From an uncultured Eubacteriales bacterium (GTDB lineage: Bacteria; Actinomycetota; Coriobacteriia; Anaerosomatales; JAAXUF01), in assembly GCA_964541225.1 (NCBI GenBank), contig CAZIPN010000004.1:24382-88381 (forward strand): a stretch of DNA of 64,000 bases, written 5' to 3'. Both the position numbers and the translations under genes were made by a program. How positions within the stretch are numbered: position 1 is the stretch's first letter; every line of letters starts with the position of its first letter. Shown piece by piece: positions 37,902-46,916 of the stretch. The notes under the pieces are model-generated. The model did not search any database. It was not told the origin of the DNA and saw only the letters and a program-made list of their open reading frames with translations.

Positions 37902-38659
37902 CAGTTCTTGGCTCCTCGGCGAGCTACTCCGGACCGCAGCGAGCGTGTGCCGGGCACTTCTTGGAGGCTGCGGGCGCCCGGCTTCTCCTTGACTGTGGGA
38001 ATGGCGTGATTGCCAATCTCGCGCAGATCCAGAACCCGGAAGACATCGACGCGGTGTTCATCACGCACAATCACCCCGATCACTACGCCGATATCTACGT
38101 GCTGCACGCCGCATTGCGCTACGCGCCGAGCGGTCCGCGTCCACCGCTGCCGCTCTACCTGCCGAAAGGTCTGTGGGAGCGGCTGCCATGTCTGCTCTCC
38201 GAGCGAGGTGCTGCCGACTTCGCCGAGGCGTTCATTCCGGTTGAACTCGAGCCCGCCACTGCAATCATCATTGGCGGTGTGAAGATCACGCCAATCCCGG
38301 TTGAGCACACCGAGCCCACGTTTGCGTTGGTCGTGGAGGCGGACGGTGAGCGATTCGCCTACACGTCGGACACCGCCATGTGTCCAGGAGTGCGTGAGGC
38401 AGCCCACGATGTCGACCTGTTGCTTGCGGAGGCGACACTTCCGGAGCGATACGCCGACCAGGCGCCGCATCTCACGGCGTCCCAGGCAGGGACGCTTGCG
38501 CGCAAAGCTGGTGCGCGGGCGCTCGCGCTCGTTCACGTATGGCCGACGAACGATCGCGTCGAGATGGCTCGGCAGGCAAGCGAGGCATTTGGCTCGGCGG
38601 TATTTGTCGCCGAGGAATTCGATGTCTTTGACATCGACACACGAGATGGAGATGACTGA
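37892..38659 (+). CDS. MBL-fold metallo-hydrolase (position equivalent to the mycobacterial gene between murI and rph)
   Basis: MRVTVLGSSAS...FITHNHPDHYAD (HxHxDH). ATG preceded by GGGAGG. Overlaps the murI stop. Confidence 0.8.
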   Translation: MRVTVLGSSASYSGPQRACAGHFLEAAGARLLLDCGNGVIANLAQIQNPEDIDAVFITHNHPDHYADIYVLHAALRYAPSGPRPPLPLYLPKGLWERLPCLLSERGAADFAEAFIPVELEPATAIIIGGVKITPIPVEHTEPTFALVVEADGERFAYTSDTAMCPGVREAAHDVDLLLAEATLPERYADQAPHLTASQAGTLARKAGARALALVHVWPTNDRVEMARQASEAFGSAVFVAEEFDVFDIDTRDGDD

Positions 38660-39406
38660 ATGGGCCTTCGAGCCTCCGGCCGCGCCAACGATGCTCTGCG
38701 ACCCGTTCGCGTGACTCGGCGCTACCTCAAGCACGCGATGGGCAGCTGCATCTTCGAGCTCGGCGACACCCGCGTGCTGTGTGCCGCCAACGTCGACGAG
38801 GGCGTCTCGGCGTGGAGGCGCGGTAGCGGGCTTGGGTGGGTGACTGCCGAGTACGCCATGCTGCCGGCGGCGACGCACACCCGTTCCCGCCGAGAGAGCA
38901 CCAGCGGTGGCCCCAAGGGCCGCACGCAGGAGATCCAGCGACTTGTCGGCAGGTCGCTTCGTAGCGTTGTCGATCTGGCGGGTCTCGGCGGTGAGGTGAC
39001 CGTCACGGTTGACTGCGACGTCTTGCAGGCCGATGGCGGGACGCGCACCGCGGCAATCACGGGCGCCTACATCGCGCTGCGCGACGCGCTTGGCGTGTGG
39101 ATGGCGGCTGGCAAGATCGCGAGCCTGCCGCTGATCGAGCAGATCGCAGCGACGAGTGTGGGGATGGTCGACGGCGAGCTGCTGCTGGACCTGGAGTACG
39201 CCGAGGACTCCATCGCCGAGGTGGACATGAACGTCGTGATGGACGGGCGCGGGCGATTCATCGAGGTGCAGGGTACCGGCGAGCGGACACCGTTCGAGCG
39301 CGAGCGTCTCGACGCGCTGCTCGATCTGGCTGCCGGTGGGATCGATCGCCTCGTCGCGATTCAGAACGAGATTGTGAAGGGCGATATCGATGTCTTCGAA
39401 TCCTGA
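38660..39406 (+). CDS. rph: ribonuclease PH
   Basis: 248 aa. RANDALRPVRVTRRYLKHAMGSCIFELGDTRVLC, GWVTAEYAMLPAATH and DCDVLQADGGTRTA. Confidence 0.93.
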   Translation: MGLRASGRANDALRPVRVTRRYLKHAMGSCIFELGDTRVLCAANVDEGVSAWRRGSGLGWVTAEYAMLPAATHTRSRRESTSGGPKGRTQEIQRLVGRSLRSVVDLAGLGGEVTVTVDCDVLQADGGTRTAAITGAYIALRDALGVWMAAGKIASLPLIEQIAATSVGMVDGELLLDLEYAEDSIAEVDMNVVMDGRGRFIEVQGTGERTPFERERLDALLDLAAGGIDRLVAIQNEIVKGDIDVFES

Positions 39407-40010
39407 CGAGGGAATCGACGTCGTTGTTGCGAGCTCCAATCACGGCAAGCTCGCCGAGATTCGCTCCGCTTTGGATTTCCCCGGCTGGCGTTTCAAGTCC
39501 GCTTCCGAACTCGACGAGGAATGGCCGAGTCCCGAAGAGACGGGGGACACGTTTGAGGCCAACGCGCGCATCAAGGCCAGGGCGGCCTATGAGCGCTTCG
39601 GGCTGGCCGCGCTCGCCGACGACTCGGGACTTGAGGTCGACGCGCTCGACGGCGAGCCGGGCGTCTACAGCTCGCGCTACGCAGGTCCCTGCGCGACCGA
39701 CGCCGAGAACAACAGCCGACTGCTGCTCGCGCTCAAAGACGTGGTCTCGTCCGATCGGCGCACGGCTCGCTTCCGCTGCACCATCGTATTCGTGGCACCG
39801 GACGGGACCGAGATCGTCGGCACGGGTACCTGCGAGGGCCGGATTGGCTTCGCGCCTCGCGGCGATGGCGGCTTCGGCTACGACCCGCTGTTCGAGCCCG
39901 ACGCCACGCGTGGACGCACGATGGCCGAGCTCTCCCTTGCCGAGAAGAACGCGATCAGCCATCGGGCAGCGGCACTCGCCGACGTGCGTGCCAGACTGAG
40001 GGGAGCGTAG
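39390..40010 (+). CDS. rdgB: non-canonical purine NTP pyrophosphatase (RdgB/HAM1)
   Basis: 206 aa. VVASSNHGKLAEI, ADDSGLEVDAL.GEPGVYSSRY and GFGYDPLF. Confidence 0.9.
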   Translation: MSSNPDEGIDVVVASSNHGKLAEIRSALDFPGWRFKSASELDEEWPSPEETGDTFEANARIKARAAYERFGLAALADDSGLEVDALDGEPGVYSSRYAGPCATDAENNSRLLLALKDVVSSDRRTARFRCTIVFVAPDGTEIVGTGTCEGRIGFAPRGDGGFGYDPLFEPDATRGRTMAELSLAEKNAISHRAAALADVRARLRGA

Positions 40011-40067
40011 GCGATGGGTGTTCAGTGCGATTCGTTCGCGGAGGGCCATTCGACAGGCCGAAGGCTC

Positions 40068-40343
40068 ATGTTCGGACTGCTGGCGGTGATGCTATGTGCG
40101 ACCGTTGCTCTTGCGGCGTGCGCTCCCAGCAAGGAGAAAGTCGCCGAGCAACAGCGCCAGGAGTGCTTCGCGAATGAGCAGAAGATCAAGACCGCGATGG
40201 ACCTCGAGCACGCTGACAGTGGCTTCTATCCCGACGTCAACGCGGTGGCCAAGGCTCTCGGAGCGAAATGTCCGGCGGGCGGCACCTACGTCTTCGACCC
40301 GAACACCGACACGGTCTCATGCACTGTCCACGGCCATCCGTAG
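40068..40343 (+). CDS. small lipoprotein whose mature part resembles the globular head of GspG/ComGC-type (pseudo)pilins
   Basis: 91 aa. Lipobox LAAC. ECFANEQKIKTAMDLEHADSGFYP...KCPAGGTYVFD...VSCTVHG matches the C..N...I..A...Y....G.YP...CP.GG.Y....C..H pattern. The hydrophobic pilin N-helix and prepilin cleavage site are missing. Confidence 0.45.
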   Translation: MFGLLAVMLCATVALAACAPSKEKVAEQQRQECFANEQKIKTAMDLEHADSGFYPDVNAVAKALGAKCPAGGTYVFDPNTDTVSCTVHGHP

Positions 40344-40440
40344 GCAAAGGCCCCGTCCAGCCTCGCCGCCGTGCGGCTTGCCCGAGTTGAGGTGAGCCGA
40401 TACAGACGATCGGGGTTCGGGCGAGTCGAGGCGCAGCCGC

Positions 40441-40965
40441 CTACGCGCCGGAAACGACCTCGCGCAGCGCGCGCTTGTCGGCAAGCACGACCGACGTCTC
40501 AACCTGGCGTGTCGGGATGTCCCAGTACGCCTGCAGCAGCCGGTCCTTCTCGGCGGGGGAGACGAGCGAGAAGCCGTTCTTCTCGTAGAAGCGCACAGCC
40601 CATGTCGCGGCCGCCCACGTGCCGATAAGGACGGGTCGCGTGGCGTGCGACACCAAGTGGGCGAGCAGTGCCGAGCCGACGCCGTGGCGCTGCGCGGAGG
40701 TGCGCACGTACGCGTGGCGGATCAAGGTCACGTCAGCGACGTCCTGAAGACCCATCACGCCGAGCACCTCGCTGTCCGATCCGTCGGCGGCGGCCTCAAA
40801 GGCGAAGAACTCAACGCCCGCGTCCATCTCGTGGTCGAGGCAGGCGCGGTCCATGTACGGCTGATGCCAGCAGTCGGCAGGAATCGCCTGCCGGTAGGCG
40901 AGCGCGGCATCGTTGATGATGGCGAGCGCGAGATCGCGCTCGTTGTCGGCGAGCGGACGAATCAT
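40441..40965 (-). CDS. GNAT-family N-acetyltransferase
   Basis: 174 aa. Acetyl-CoA motif TSAQRHGVGSALLAHL. Confidence 0.8.
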   Translation of the reverse strand: MIRPLADNERDLALAIINDAALAYRQAIPADCWHQPYMDRACLDHEMDAGVEFFAFEAAADGSDSEVLGVMGLQDVADVTLIRHAYVRTSAQRHGVGSALLAHLVSHATRPVLIGTWAAATWAVRFYEKNGFSLVSPAEKDRLLQAYWDIPTRQVETSVVLADKRALREVVSGA

Positions 40966-41471
40966 GGCGCGTCCTCTGCGGGTTGCTGTGCTTCGGCGTG
41001 GCTCTGAAGCATATCGGCAGCGTTGCCGATCATGCGGTTCAACAACTCCGCGAGTTGCGAGAACTCCTCCTGCGACAAGCCGCGCGTGGCGCCAGCGGTC
41101 CAGCCGCGCAGGATCGCTCGGATCGCAGGTTCTTCTCGGCGGGCGCGCTCTGTGAGCAGTACGCGATAGGCTCGCTCGTCGGTGGGGTGCTGCTCGCGAG
41201 TGACGTAGCCGTCGTCCTCGAGCTTCTTCATCGCGCGAGCCATTGCGCCCTTGTCGACGTGAAGCTCGCGGCCGATTTCGTGCTGCGATAGGCCGTCACC
41301 TTCGAACAGCACGATCAATATCTGCACCAGTGTGAAGTTGAGACCGAACGGCGCAACGCAGGGGTCGACGTAGGCTCGCGCCATGCGGGCGAGTGACGTG
41401 ATGTTCTTGCCGACGTGTCGTTCGCGTGGTCGTTCGGCGGGCGGCGGCGTCATGTTGTCGTTGCTGGACAT
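40962..41471 (-). CDS. MarR-family transcriptional regulator
   Basis: 169 aa from MSSNDN. Winged-helix LSQHEIGRELHVDKGAMARAMKKLEDDGYVTREQHPTDERAY. The longer N-terminal extension in the ORF track was rejected. Confidence 0.85.
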   Translation of the reverse strand: MSSNDNMTPPPAERPRERHVGKNITSLARMARAYVDPCVAPFGLNFTLVQILIVLFEGDGLSQHEIGRELHVDKGAMARAMKKLEDDGYVTREQHPTDERAYRVLLTERARREEPAIRAILRGWTAGATRGLSQEEFSQLAELLNRMIGNAADMLQSHAEAQQPAEDAP

Positions 41472-41486
41472 GGCATGAGTCTCGCA

Positions 41487-41507
41487 TGATATAGTTGCCG
41501 AAGCAAC
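41487..41507. promoter_or_regulatory. extended -10 (TGaTATAGT) overlapping the palindrome GTTGC-cgaa-GCAAC: candidate MarR operator/promoter for the MFS gene
   Basis: Lies in the 104-bp divergent region between the MarR gene (-) and the MFS gene (+). The palindrome is at 41494-41507. Confidence 0.35.
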
Positions 41508-41575
41508 CAATTGCGCACGCGCCAGCCGCGAGGTGGAGCGCGTGCGTTTCGTTCCCAGGAACCGAGAAGGAGAGC

Positions 41576-43321
41576 ATGTCAGCCACCAAGCAAACCCCGG
41601 CCAAGCGCGACCCAATCGCCTACAAGTACACGGCGCTCGGCAACACCACGCTCGGAGTCTTCATGGCAGTACTCACGGGATCAGTGATCATGATCTCGAT
41701 GCCCGACATCTTCCGTGGGCTGAAGCTCGATCCGCTTGCTCCGGCCAACTTCCAGTACCTGCTTTGGATGCTGATGGGCTATGGCCTCGTGACAGCGGTG
41801 CTCGTGGTGACCCTCGGCCGAATCGGCGACATCTTTGGCCGCGTGAGGATGTACAACCTCGGCTTCGTGGTCTTCACCCTCTCGTCCATCGCGCTCTCGG
41901 CGATATGGATGACCGGTCCAGCTGGCGCCATCCAGATCATCGTCATCCGCATGATTCAGGCGGTAGGCGGGGCGATGCTCATGGCCAACTCGGCGGCGAT
42001 CATCACCGATGTCTTTCCTGCCGAGGAACGCGGCATGGCGCTCGGCATCAATCAGATCGCGGCGCTGGCGGGCTCGTTTCTGGGGCTCGTGGTGGGCGGC
42101 ATCCTTTCGGCCGTCAACTGGCACATGGTGTTTCTGGTCAACGTGCCGTTCGGCATCGTCGGCACGATCTGGGCGTATGCGAAGCTCAAGGACACCGGCG
42201 AGCGCCATCCCGCGCGCATCGACTGGATCGGCATGGCGCTGTTTGCGGCTGGTCTGTGGTTCGTGCTGTTTGGCGTGACGAGCGGCATCACGCCGTATGG
42301 CGGTTCGCCCATGGGCTGGAGCGACCCGATGGTGTGGCTGCAGATCGTCGGCGGTGTGGCGTTGCTCGGCGTCTTCGCGTTCGTGGAGACCCGCGTCAAG
42401 GATCCGATGTTCGACCTGACGCTCTTCCGAATCCGCGCGTTTGCCATGGGCAATCTCGCAGTGTTGCTTTCGCAGGTCGCCAACGGCGGCATGATGTTCA
42501 TGTTCATCATGTGGCTGCAAGGAATCTGGCTGCCCCTGCACGGGTTCAGCTTCGAGTCGACGCCCGTCTGGGCGGGGATTGCGATGTTGCCGCTGACGCT
42601 GGGCTTCATGGTCTCTGGGCCGACCTTCGGCAAGCTCTCCGACAAGTACGGCGCGCGCATGTTCACGAGCGGCGGCATGCTGCTTGCGGCGGCCGTGTTC
42701 GCGACGATGATGCTGCTGCCCGCCGACTTCGCGTACTGGCAGTTCGCGGCGTTGCTCTTCCTCGACGGGATCGCGTTTGGCATGTTCGGCGCGCCAAATA
42801 CTGCCGCTGTCATGAACAGCGTGCCGGCCAAGACTCGCGGCGCGGCCTCCGGCATGCGCTCCACCGCGCAGATGACTGGCCAGCCGCTGTCCATGGGCAT
42901 CTTCTTCTCGCTTATGGTCGCCGGACTTGTCGCGAGTGTGCCCGTGACGATGACTGCGGGGCTGACCGCGCACCACGTTCCGGCTGTCGTCGCCGGCAAG
43001 CTCGCGCAGATGCCGCCGACGGGCTACTTGTTCGCGGCCTTCCTCGGCTACAACCCGCTCAAAGAGCTGCTCGGCCCGGTGCTCGCGCATCTTCCGGCCG
43101 CCGACGTGACGGCACTCGTCGGCAAGCATTTCTTCCCGACGCTGATCGCAGCGCCGTTTGAGCACGCGCTGCGGCTCGTGCTGATCTTCTCGGCGTTGAT
43201 GTGCTTGATCGCGGCGGGGGCGTCGTGGATGCGTGGCGGTCACTTCGTGCATGCCGAGGAGGAGCCGGAAACGCACGCGCACCTCGAATTCGTGCCGGAG
43301 CCAGCCGAAGCCGAGTTGTAG
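41576..43321 (+). CDS. MFS transporter, DHA2 (EmrB/QacA-like, 14 TM) family
   Basis: 581 aa from the ATG with a GAAGGAGAG SD. GRIGDIFGR motif. About 14 hydrophobic segments. Confidence 0.85.
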   Translation: MSATKQTPAKRDPIAYKYTALGNTTLGVFMAVLTGSVIMISMPDIFRGLKLDPLAPANFQYLLWMLMGYGLVTAVLVVTLGRIGDIFGRVRMYNLGFVVFTLSSIALSAIWMTGPAGAIQIIVIRMIQAVGGAMLMANSAAIITDVFPAEERGMALGINQIAALAGSFLGLVVGGILSAVNWHMVFLVNVPFGIVGTIWAYAKLKDTGERHPARIDWIGMALFAAGLWFVLFGVTSGITPYGGSPMGWSDPMVWLQIVGGVALLGVFAFVETRVKDPMFDLTLFRIRAFAMGNLAVLLSQVANGGMMFMFIMWLQGIWLPLHGFSFESTPVWAGIAMLPLTLGFMVSGPTFGKLSDKYGARMFTSGGMLLAAAVFATMMLLPADFAYWQFAALLFLDGIAFGMFGAPNTAAVMNSVPAKTRGAASGMRSTAQMTGQPLSMGIFFSLMVAGLVASVPVTMTAGLTAHHVPAVVAGKLAQMPPTGYLFAAFLGYNPLKELLGPVLAHLPAADVTALVGKHFFPTLIAAPFEHALRLVLIFSALMCLIAAGASWMRGGHFVHAEEEPETHAHLEFVPEPAEAEL

Positions 43322-43466
43322 GCGAGGCGCGCGGTGCAGGTGCCGGTCGGGTGCCACTGGGCCAGGGCAGCGATTGCGCGCACCGGCGCATTGCCCGAGT
43401 GCGTGGCCCCGGCTACACTGTTGGTCGCTCGTTTCCGCCTTGCTGGCGGGCGCGGACGAACAGTGT

Positions 43467-43543
43467 CGGGCCGTAGCGCAGCTTGGTAGCGCATCTGCTT
43501 TGGGAGCAGAGGGTCGCAGGTTCGAATCCTGTCGGCCCGACCA
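43467..43543 (+). tRNA. tRNA-Pro (anticodon TGG), CCA encoded
   Basis: Manual cloverleaf: acceptor CGGGCCG/CGGCCCG, anticodon arm TCTGC-TTTGGGA-GCAGA, T-loop GCAGG-TTCGAAT-CCTGT. Confidence 0.9.
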
Positions 43544-43572
43544 TTGACGACACGGTGGAGGGCTTGCCTCGG

Positions 43573-44718
43573 CTAGAGGGGCGAGCCCTCACCTTGTTGC
43601 TGGGGGCTCTCGGCGGAGGTCTTTGGCTGCAGCACCCAATCGAGCAGCGTGTTCTTGAGGCTTGAGTTTCGGCTGCACGCGGGGCACAGCCCCTCAGTGA
43701 GGTAGCTCGCTGTCTTCCCGCACTGTGTGCAGACGCCGCGCTCAAAGACGCGCAACGTCCTCGCGTCTCGGCCCGGCTCTTCGGCCTGGCTGGAGATGGC
43801 GTCTTGCGGACAGACGAAACTGCATTGGCCGCAGTCAACGCAGATCTCGGGCTTGAAGATGAACTCCACTTTCGTGTCCGTCTCGACGCGGCTCAGTGCT
43901 CCCGAGGGACAGAAGCGACTGCACAACGAATGCGCCTCTTGGCAGTCGTCACAGGCGTCGCTGATAGCGAGTCGAGGGAAGACAACGGGGTCTGTGTCAA
44001 GCACCGAGGCAAGGAGGAGTTCTCGGCGGGCGGGGATCTTTGCGGGGAGTGGACGCGGTCCCCATTCCTTCTCCTCGGCGGCCGGAGGATCGCTCACGGC
44101 GTCTCGGGCGCGCTCCACGATACCCATGAGGAACGCTCGGCGGTCAAGGGTCTCCTCCTTCGGAGGGACGAGCTCGTCGAGAGTCTGGGCGAAAGAGGCG
44201 TCAGGGATGCTGTGCTCCTCGTGCATCTCAACGGCCAGACGACCAGGCCACCGCTTGCGCACTCGCTCGATCGTGCTACCGATGATGTCGCGGGCGTGAA
44301 GCACGCAGGCTTCGCCATCGCCCGTTCGCAGAACGAGCGTTTTGACTCCCTTGCCAGCCAAGGCAAGAAGCAGGTCGTCATCGAGCATTCCGAGGCAGGG
44401 GAGCACACGAGACGAACTTGCGGATGGGTCGCATCCTTGTGCCGAGGTGCACGCGCAGCTCAGCGTGAGGGTGTCTCCATCTCGGCCAACCCCGTTGTCG
44501 AGGAGCGCTGCGAGATCGAGGCCGCGCACCGAGAATACCGAAGTCGGGCACGCAGAGAGGCATAGTCCGCAGCCAATACACAGAGCCTGGTCGACGATCA
44601 CGCGTCCGCCATCCAACGTGATAGCGGACGCGGGGCACACATCTTGACATCGCCTGCACTCAGAGTGCGAGTGCAGCCGCACGAGACACGAGGTCGACTC
44701 TGTCTCGATGACAGGCAT
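43573..44718 (-). CDS. multi-cluster 4Fe-4S ferredoxin-domain protein (NapF-like, cytoplasmic). Last gene of the oxidoreductase operon.
   Basis: 381 aa. CRRCQDVCP, CIGCGLCLSACP, CDDCQEAHSLCSRFCP, CVDCGQCSFVCP and C-terminal CTQCG...CPAC. No signal peptide. Confidence 0.7.
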   Translation of the reverse strand: MPVIETESTSCLVRLHSHSECRRCQDVCPASAITLDGGRVIVDQALCIGCGLCLSACPTSVFSVRGLDLAALLDNGVGRDGDTLTLSCACTSAQGCDPSASSSRVLPCLGMLDDDLLLALAGKGVKTLVLRTGDGEACVLHARDIIGSTIERVRKRWPGRLAVEMHEEHSIPDASFAQTLDELVPPKEETLDRRAFLMGIVERARDAVSDPPAAEEKEWGPRPLPAKIPARRELLLASVLDTDPVVFPRLAISDACDDCQEAHSLCSRFCPSGALSRVETDTKVEFIFKPEICVDCGQCSFVCPQDAISSQAEEPGRDARTLRVFERGVCTQCGKTASYLTEGLCPACSRNSSLKNTLLDWVLQPKTSAESPQQQGEGSPL

Positions 44719-45368
44719 CAGGTACCTGGCAGCGGACGTGGGCGCAGGATCTTGGCGGACGTGCTCGCCTTGGGTGCGCTATCAGCGAGCAGCGCTTCTT
44801 CCATCGAGAGGAAGTCGCCGAGAAGCTTGCCGAAAGCGCGATACAGGTCGAGCTTCGCGGCGCGCTGGATGTCTGCGGCGAACTTTGGCATCCAAGTGAG
44901 CAGGTGATTGGTCAGGAACGTCTTCTGGGCAGGCATTGTGTCGGTTTGGTCATCCTCTTCAGCCATGCGAATGACAAACGCCATGAACTCGAGTTCCGCT
45001 CCAGCGTAGTCGGCGAACTCATTGTCGACCTCAAGACCCCACTGCCTGTACGTGTGGGCCGCCGCTGCCGTCGCATTGCCCACGAGCGTCTTCTCGCGGT
45101 ACGCAGACTCGTACGGCGGACACGGAACATGCGGGTAGTTGTTCACGAACAACCCAGTGTGCTCGCCCTGCAGGTTGTCCAAAGGCACTGTCTCCAGGTC
45201 ATCGAGACCAGCGGCGAGGTCATCGAGCTCCTTCGCCAGAGGTCCAGAATCCTCGCCCGCCGACAAGACCTCGACCAACTGACGGAACTCGTCCGCAAAG
45301 GTCGGATGCGGGTAGACAAGCCCTTGGGCCAGAAGGATGTAGCACGCGGCCCTTGACTCTTCGTTCAT
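44718..45368 (-). CDS. TorD/DmsD-family molybdoenzyme maturation chaperone
   Basis: 216 aa. YILLAQGLVYP...HTGLFVNNYPHVPCPPYESAY, typical of the TorD-like family. Sits within a molybdopterin oxidoreductase operon. Confidence 0.75.
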   Translation of the reverse strand: MNEESRAACYILLAQGLVYPHPTFADEFRQLVEVLSAGEDSGPLAKELDDLAAGLDDLETVPLDNLQGEHTGLFVNNYPHVPCPPYESAYREKTLVGNATAAAAHTYRQWGLEVDNEFADYAGAELEFMAFVIRMAEEDDQTDTMPAQKTFLTNHLLTWMPKFAADIQRAAKLDLYRAFGKLLGDFLSMEEALLADSAPKASTSAKILRPRPLPGT

Positions 45369-45395
45369 GCGACTTCCTAGGTTGTCTCCTCCGGA

Positions 45396-46307
45396 CTACC
45401 AGGGGAACTGGTAGTACCCGCCCAGCAGCATGAACCGCCGCAGCAAGTAGCCGCCGATCAAGATGAAGACGCTGACCAAGGGGAGCAAACGGGCAGCCAT
45501 GCGCGAAGCCTCAGACTCTCCATCTGACATGATCTCGAAAAGCTCGATCGCCAGCGGAACGATGAGGCCAAGTGCAAGGAACCCGACAACGAACACCCAG
45601 TTGCCGAGCAGCGAGTTCACCGAGTACCAGGCGGCACCGGAGTGGATGGCTGAGTTGTAGAGCGCGAACAGAACAACAACCTCGGCGCCGATGAGTGCCG
45701 CATCAAGCTTGGCGATTCCGTTGAAGAGGTTGTGCAGCTCATGACGCCTGGACCACAGTGCCAGCATCAAGAATGCGCATCCCGTCGAGAACGCCGAGAT
45801 TGTGAAGAGCACGGGAAGTCCCGCATTGTGCCACAGCGGAATTCCCTGGGCTGCGGAGAGAAGGAAGCCGGTGTAGACCGTCACGAACGTCCCGAGGGCG
45901 ATGCTCACGATGCCAGTAACGTTCTGCCACTCCTGAAGTTTGGGGAAGGTGTCGGCGATCGGTCGCAGGAACGGAGAGTCCTTCGCGCAGGCGACGGAGT
46001 ACAACACACTGCTCACCAGGTAGCCGCTAAGGGACAGAATGCCCCAGAAGATCCATGAGCCCGGGTTGCGCCAGAAGAAGATGGCGTTGAACGGGTTGAG
46101 CAGATCCAAGACCAGCAGTCCGCTTCCGACAGCGAGGAAGACGAATCCCCACATGGCCGACAGGAGCCCGATCCGGCCGTCCTTGTTCACGAACCGCTCG
46201 ATTCCAATACCCAACGCTCCAACCGCACCGCCGAGACCTCCTAGAAAAAGGTAGGCTGCGATCTGCCATCCCCATGCGGACTGTTGTACGTAACTTGAGG
46301 CGATCAT
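45396..46307 (-). CDS. NrfD/PsrC-family integral membrane quinol-interacting subunit
   Basis: 303 aa, about 8 TM. N-terminus WGWQIAAYLFLGGLGG is typical of NrfD/PsrC. Confidence 0.8.
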   Translation of the reverse strand: MIASSYVQQSAWGWQIAAYLFLGGLGGAVGALGIGIERFVNKDGRIGLLSAMWGFVFLAVGSGLLVLDLLNPFNAIFFWRNPGSWIFWGILSLSGYLVSSVLYSVACAKDSPFLRPIADTFPKLQEWQNVTGIVSIALGTFVTVYTGFLLSAAQGIPLWHNAGLPVLFTISAFSTGCAFLMLALWSRRHELHNLFNGIAKLDAALIGAEVVVLFALYNSAIHSGAAWYSVNSLLGNWVFVVGFLALGLIVPLAIELFEIMSDGESEASRMAARLLPLVSVFILIGGYLLRRFMLLGGYYQFPW

Positions 46308-46319
46308 CGTTCCCTCCCT

Positions 46320-46913
46320 CTAACGGACGTAGTAGGTCTTCGGCTGGGGACCGGGGTCCCCAATGGGCTGTGCCTTGCCGGATTCAACGAGCTTGGAGAC
46401 TTCGGAGTTCGGGTCGTCCAAGTCGCCAAAGACCCGTGCGTGCGCAGGGCAGACGGCCACGCACGCAGGTTCGCGGCCTTCCTTGACCCTGTGTACGCAG
46501 TAGGTGCATTTGTCCACATGGGGGGCCTGATGTCCGGCGTCTTTGCCAAAGATCTCGTTGGCTTTGTTCACGGCTTCTTTCTCGTAGCGATAGCGAGCGC
46601 CGAAGGGGCATGCGGCGATGCAATACCCGCACCCCATACACTTGTCGGCGTCCACGAGCACGATTCCATCGGCGGTCTTGTAGCTGGCTCCCGTGGGGCA
46701 GACGCGGACGCACGGGGCGTTCTCGCAGTGCATGCACAGCCGAGGGATGATCGCGCGTCCGCTATCGGGGAACGACCCGAAGCTGACGTCTTCGACGTGT
46801 GTCCTATACAGCCCATCCCAATAGGGGGTCTCATTCTCAGTGGTGCAGGCCGCGACACACGCGTTGCAGCCCACGCAGGTCGTCAAATCAACTACGAATC
46901 CATAGCGCGCCAT
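46320..46913 (-). CDS. 4x[4Fe-4S] electron-transfer subunit (PsrB/DmsB-like)
   Basis: 197 aa. CVGCNACVAAC, CMHCENAPCVRVCP, CMGCGYCIAACP and CTYCVHR. Confidence 0.88.
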   Translation of the reverse strand: MARYGFVVDLTTCVGCNACVAACTTENETPYWDGLYRTHVEDVSFGSFPDSGRAIIPRLCMHCENAPCVRVCPTGASYKTADGIVLVDADKCMGCGYCIAACPFGARYRYEKEAVNKANEIFGKDAGHQAPHVDKCTYCVHRVKEGREPACVAVCPAHARVFGDLDDPNSEVSKLVESGKAQPIGDPGPQPKTYYVR

Positions 46914-46916
46914 TGC

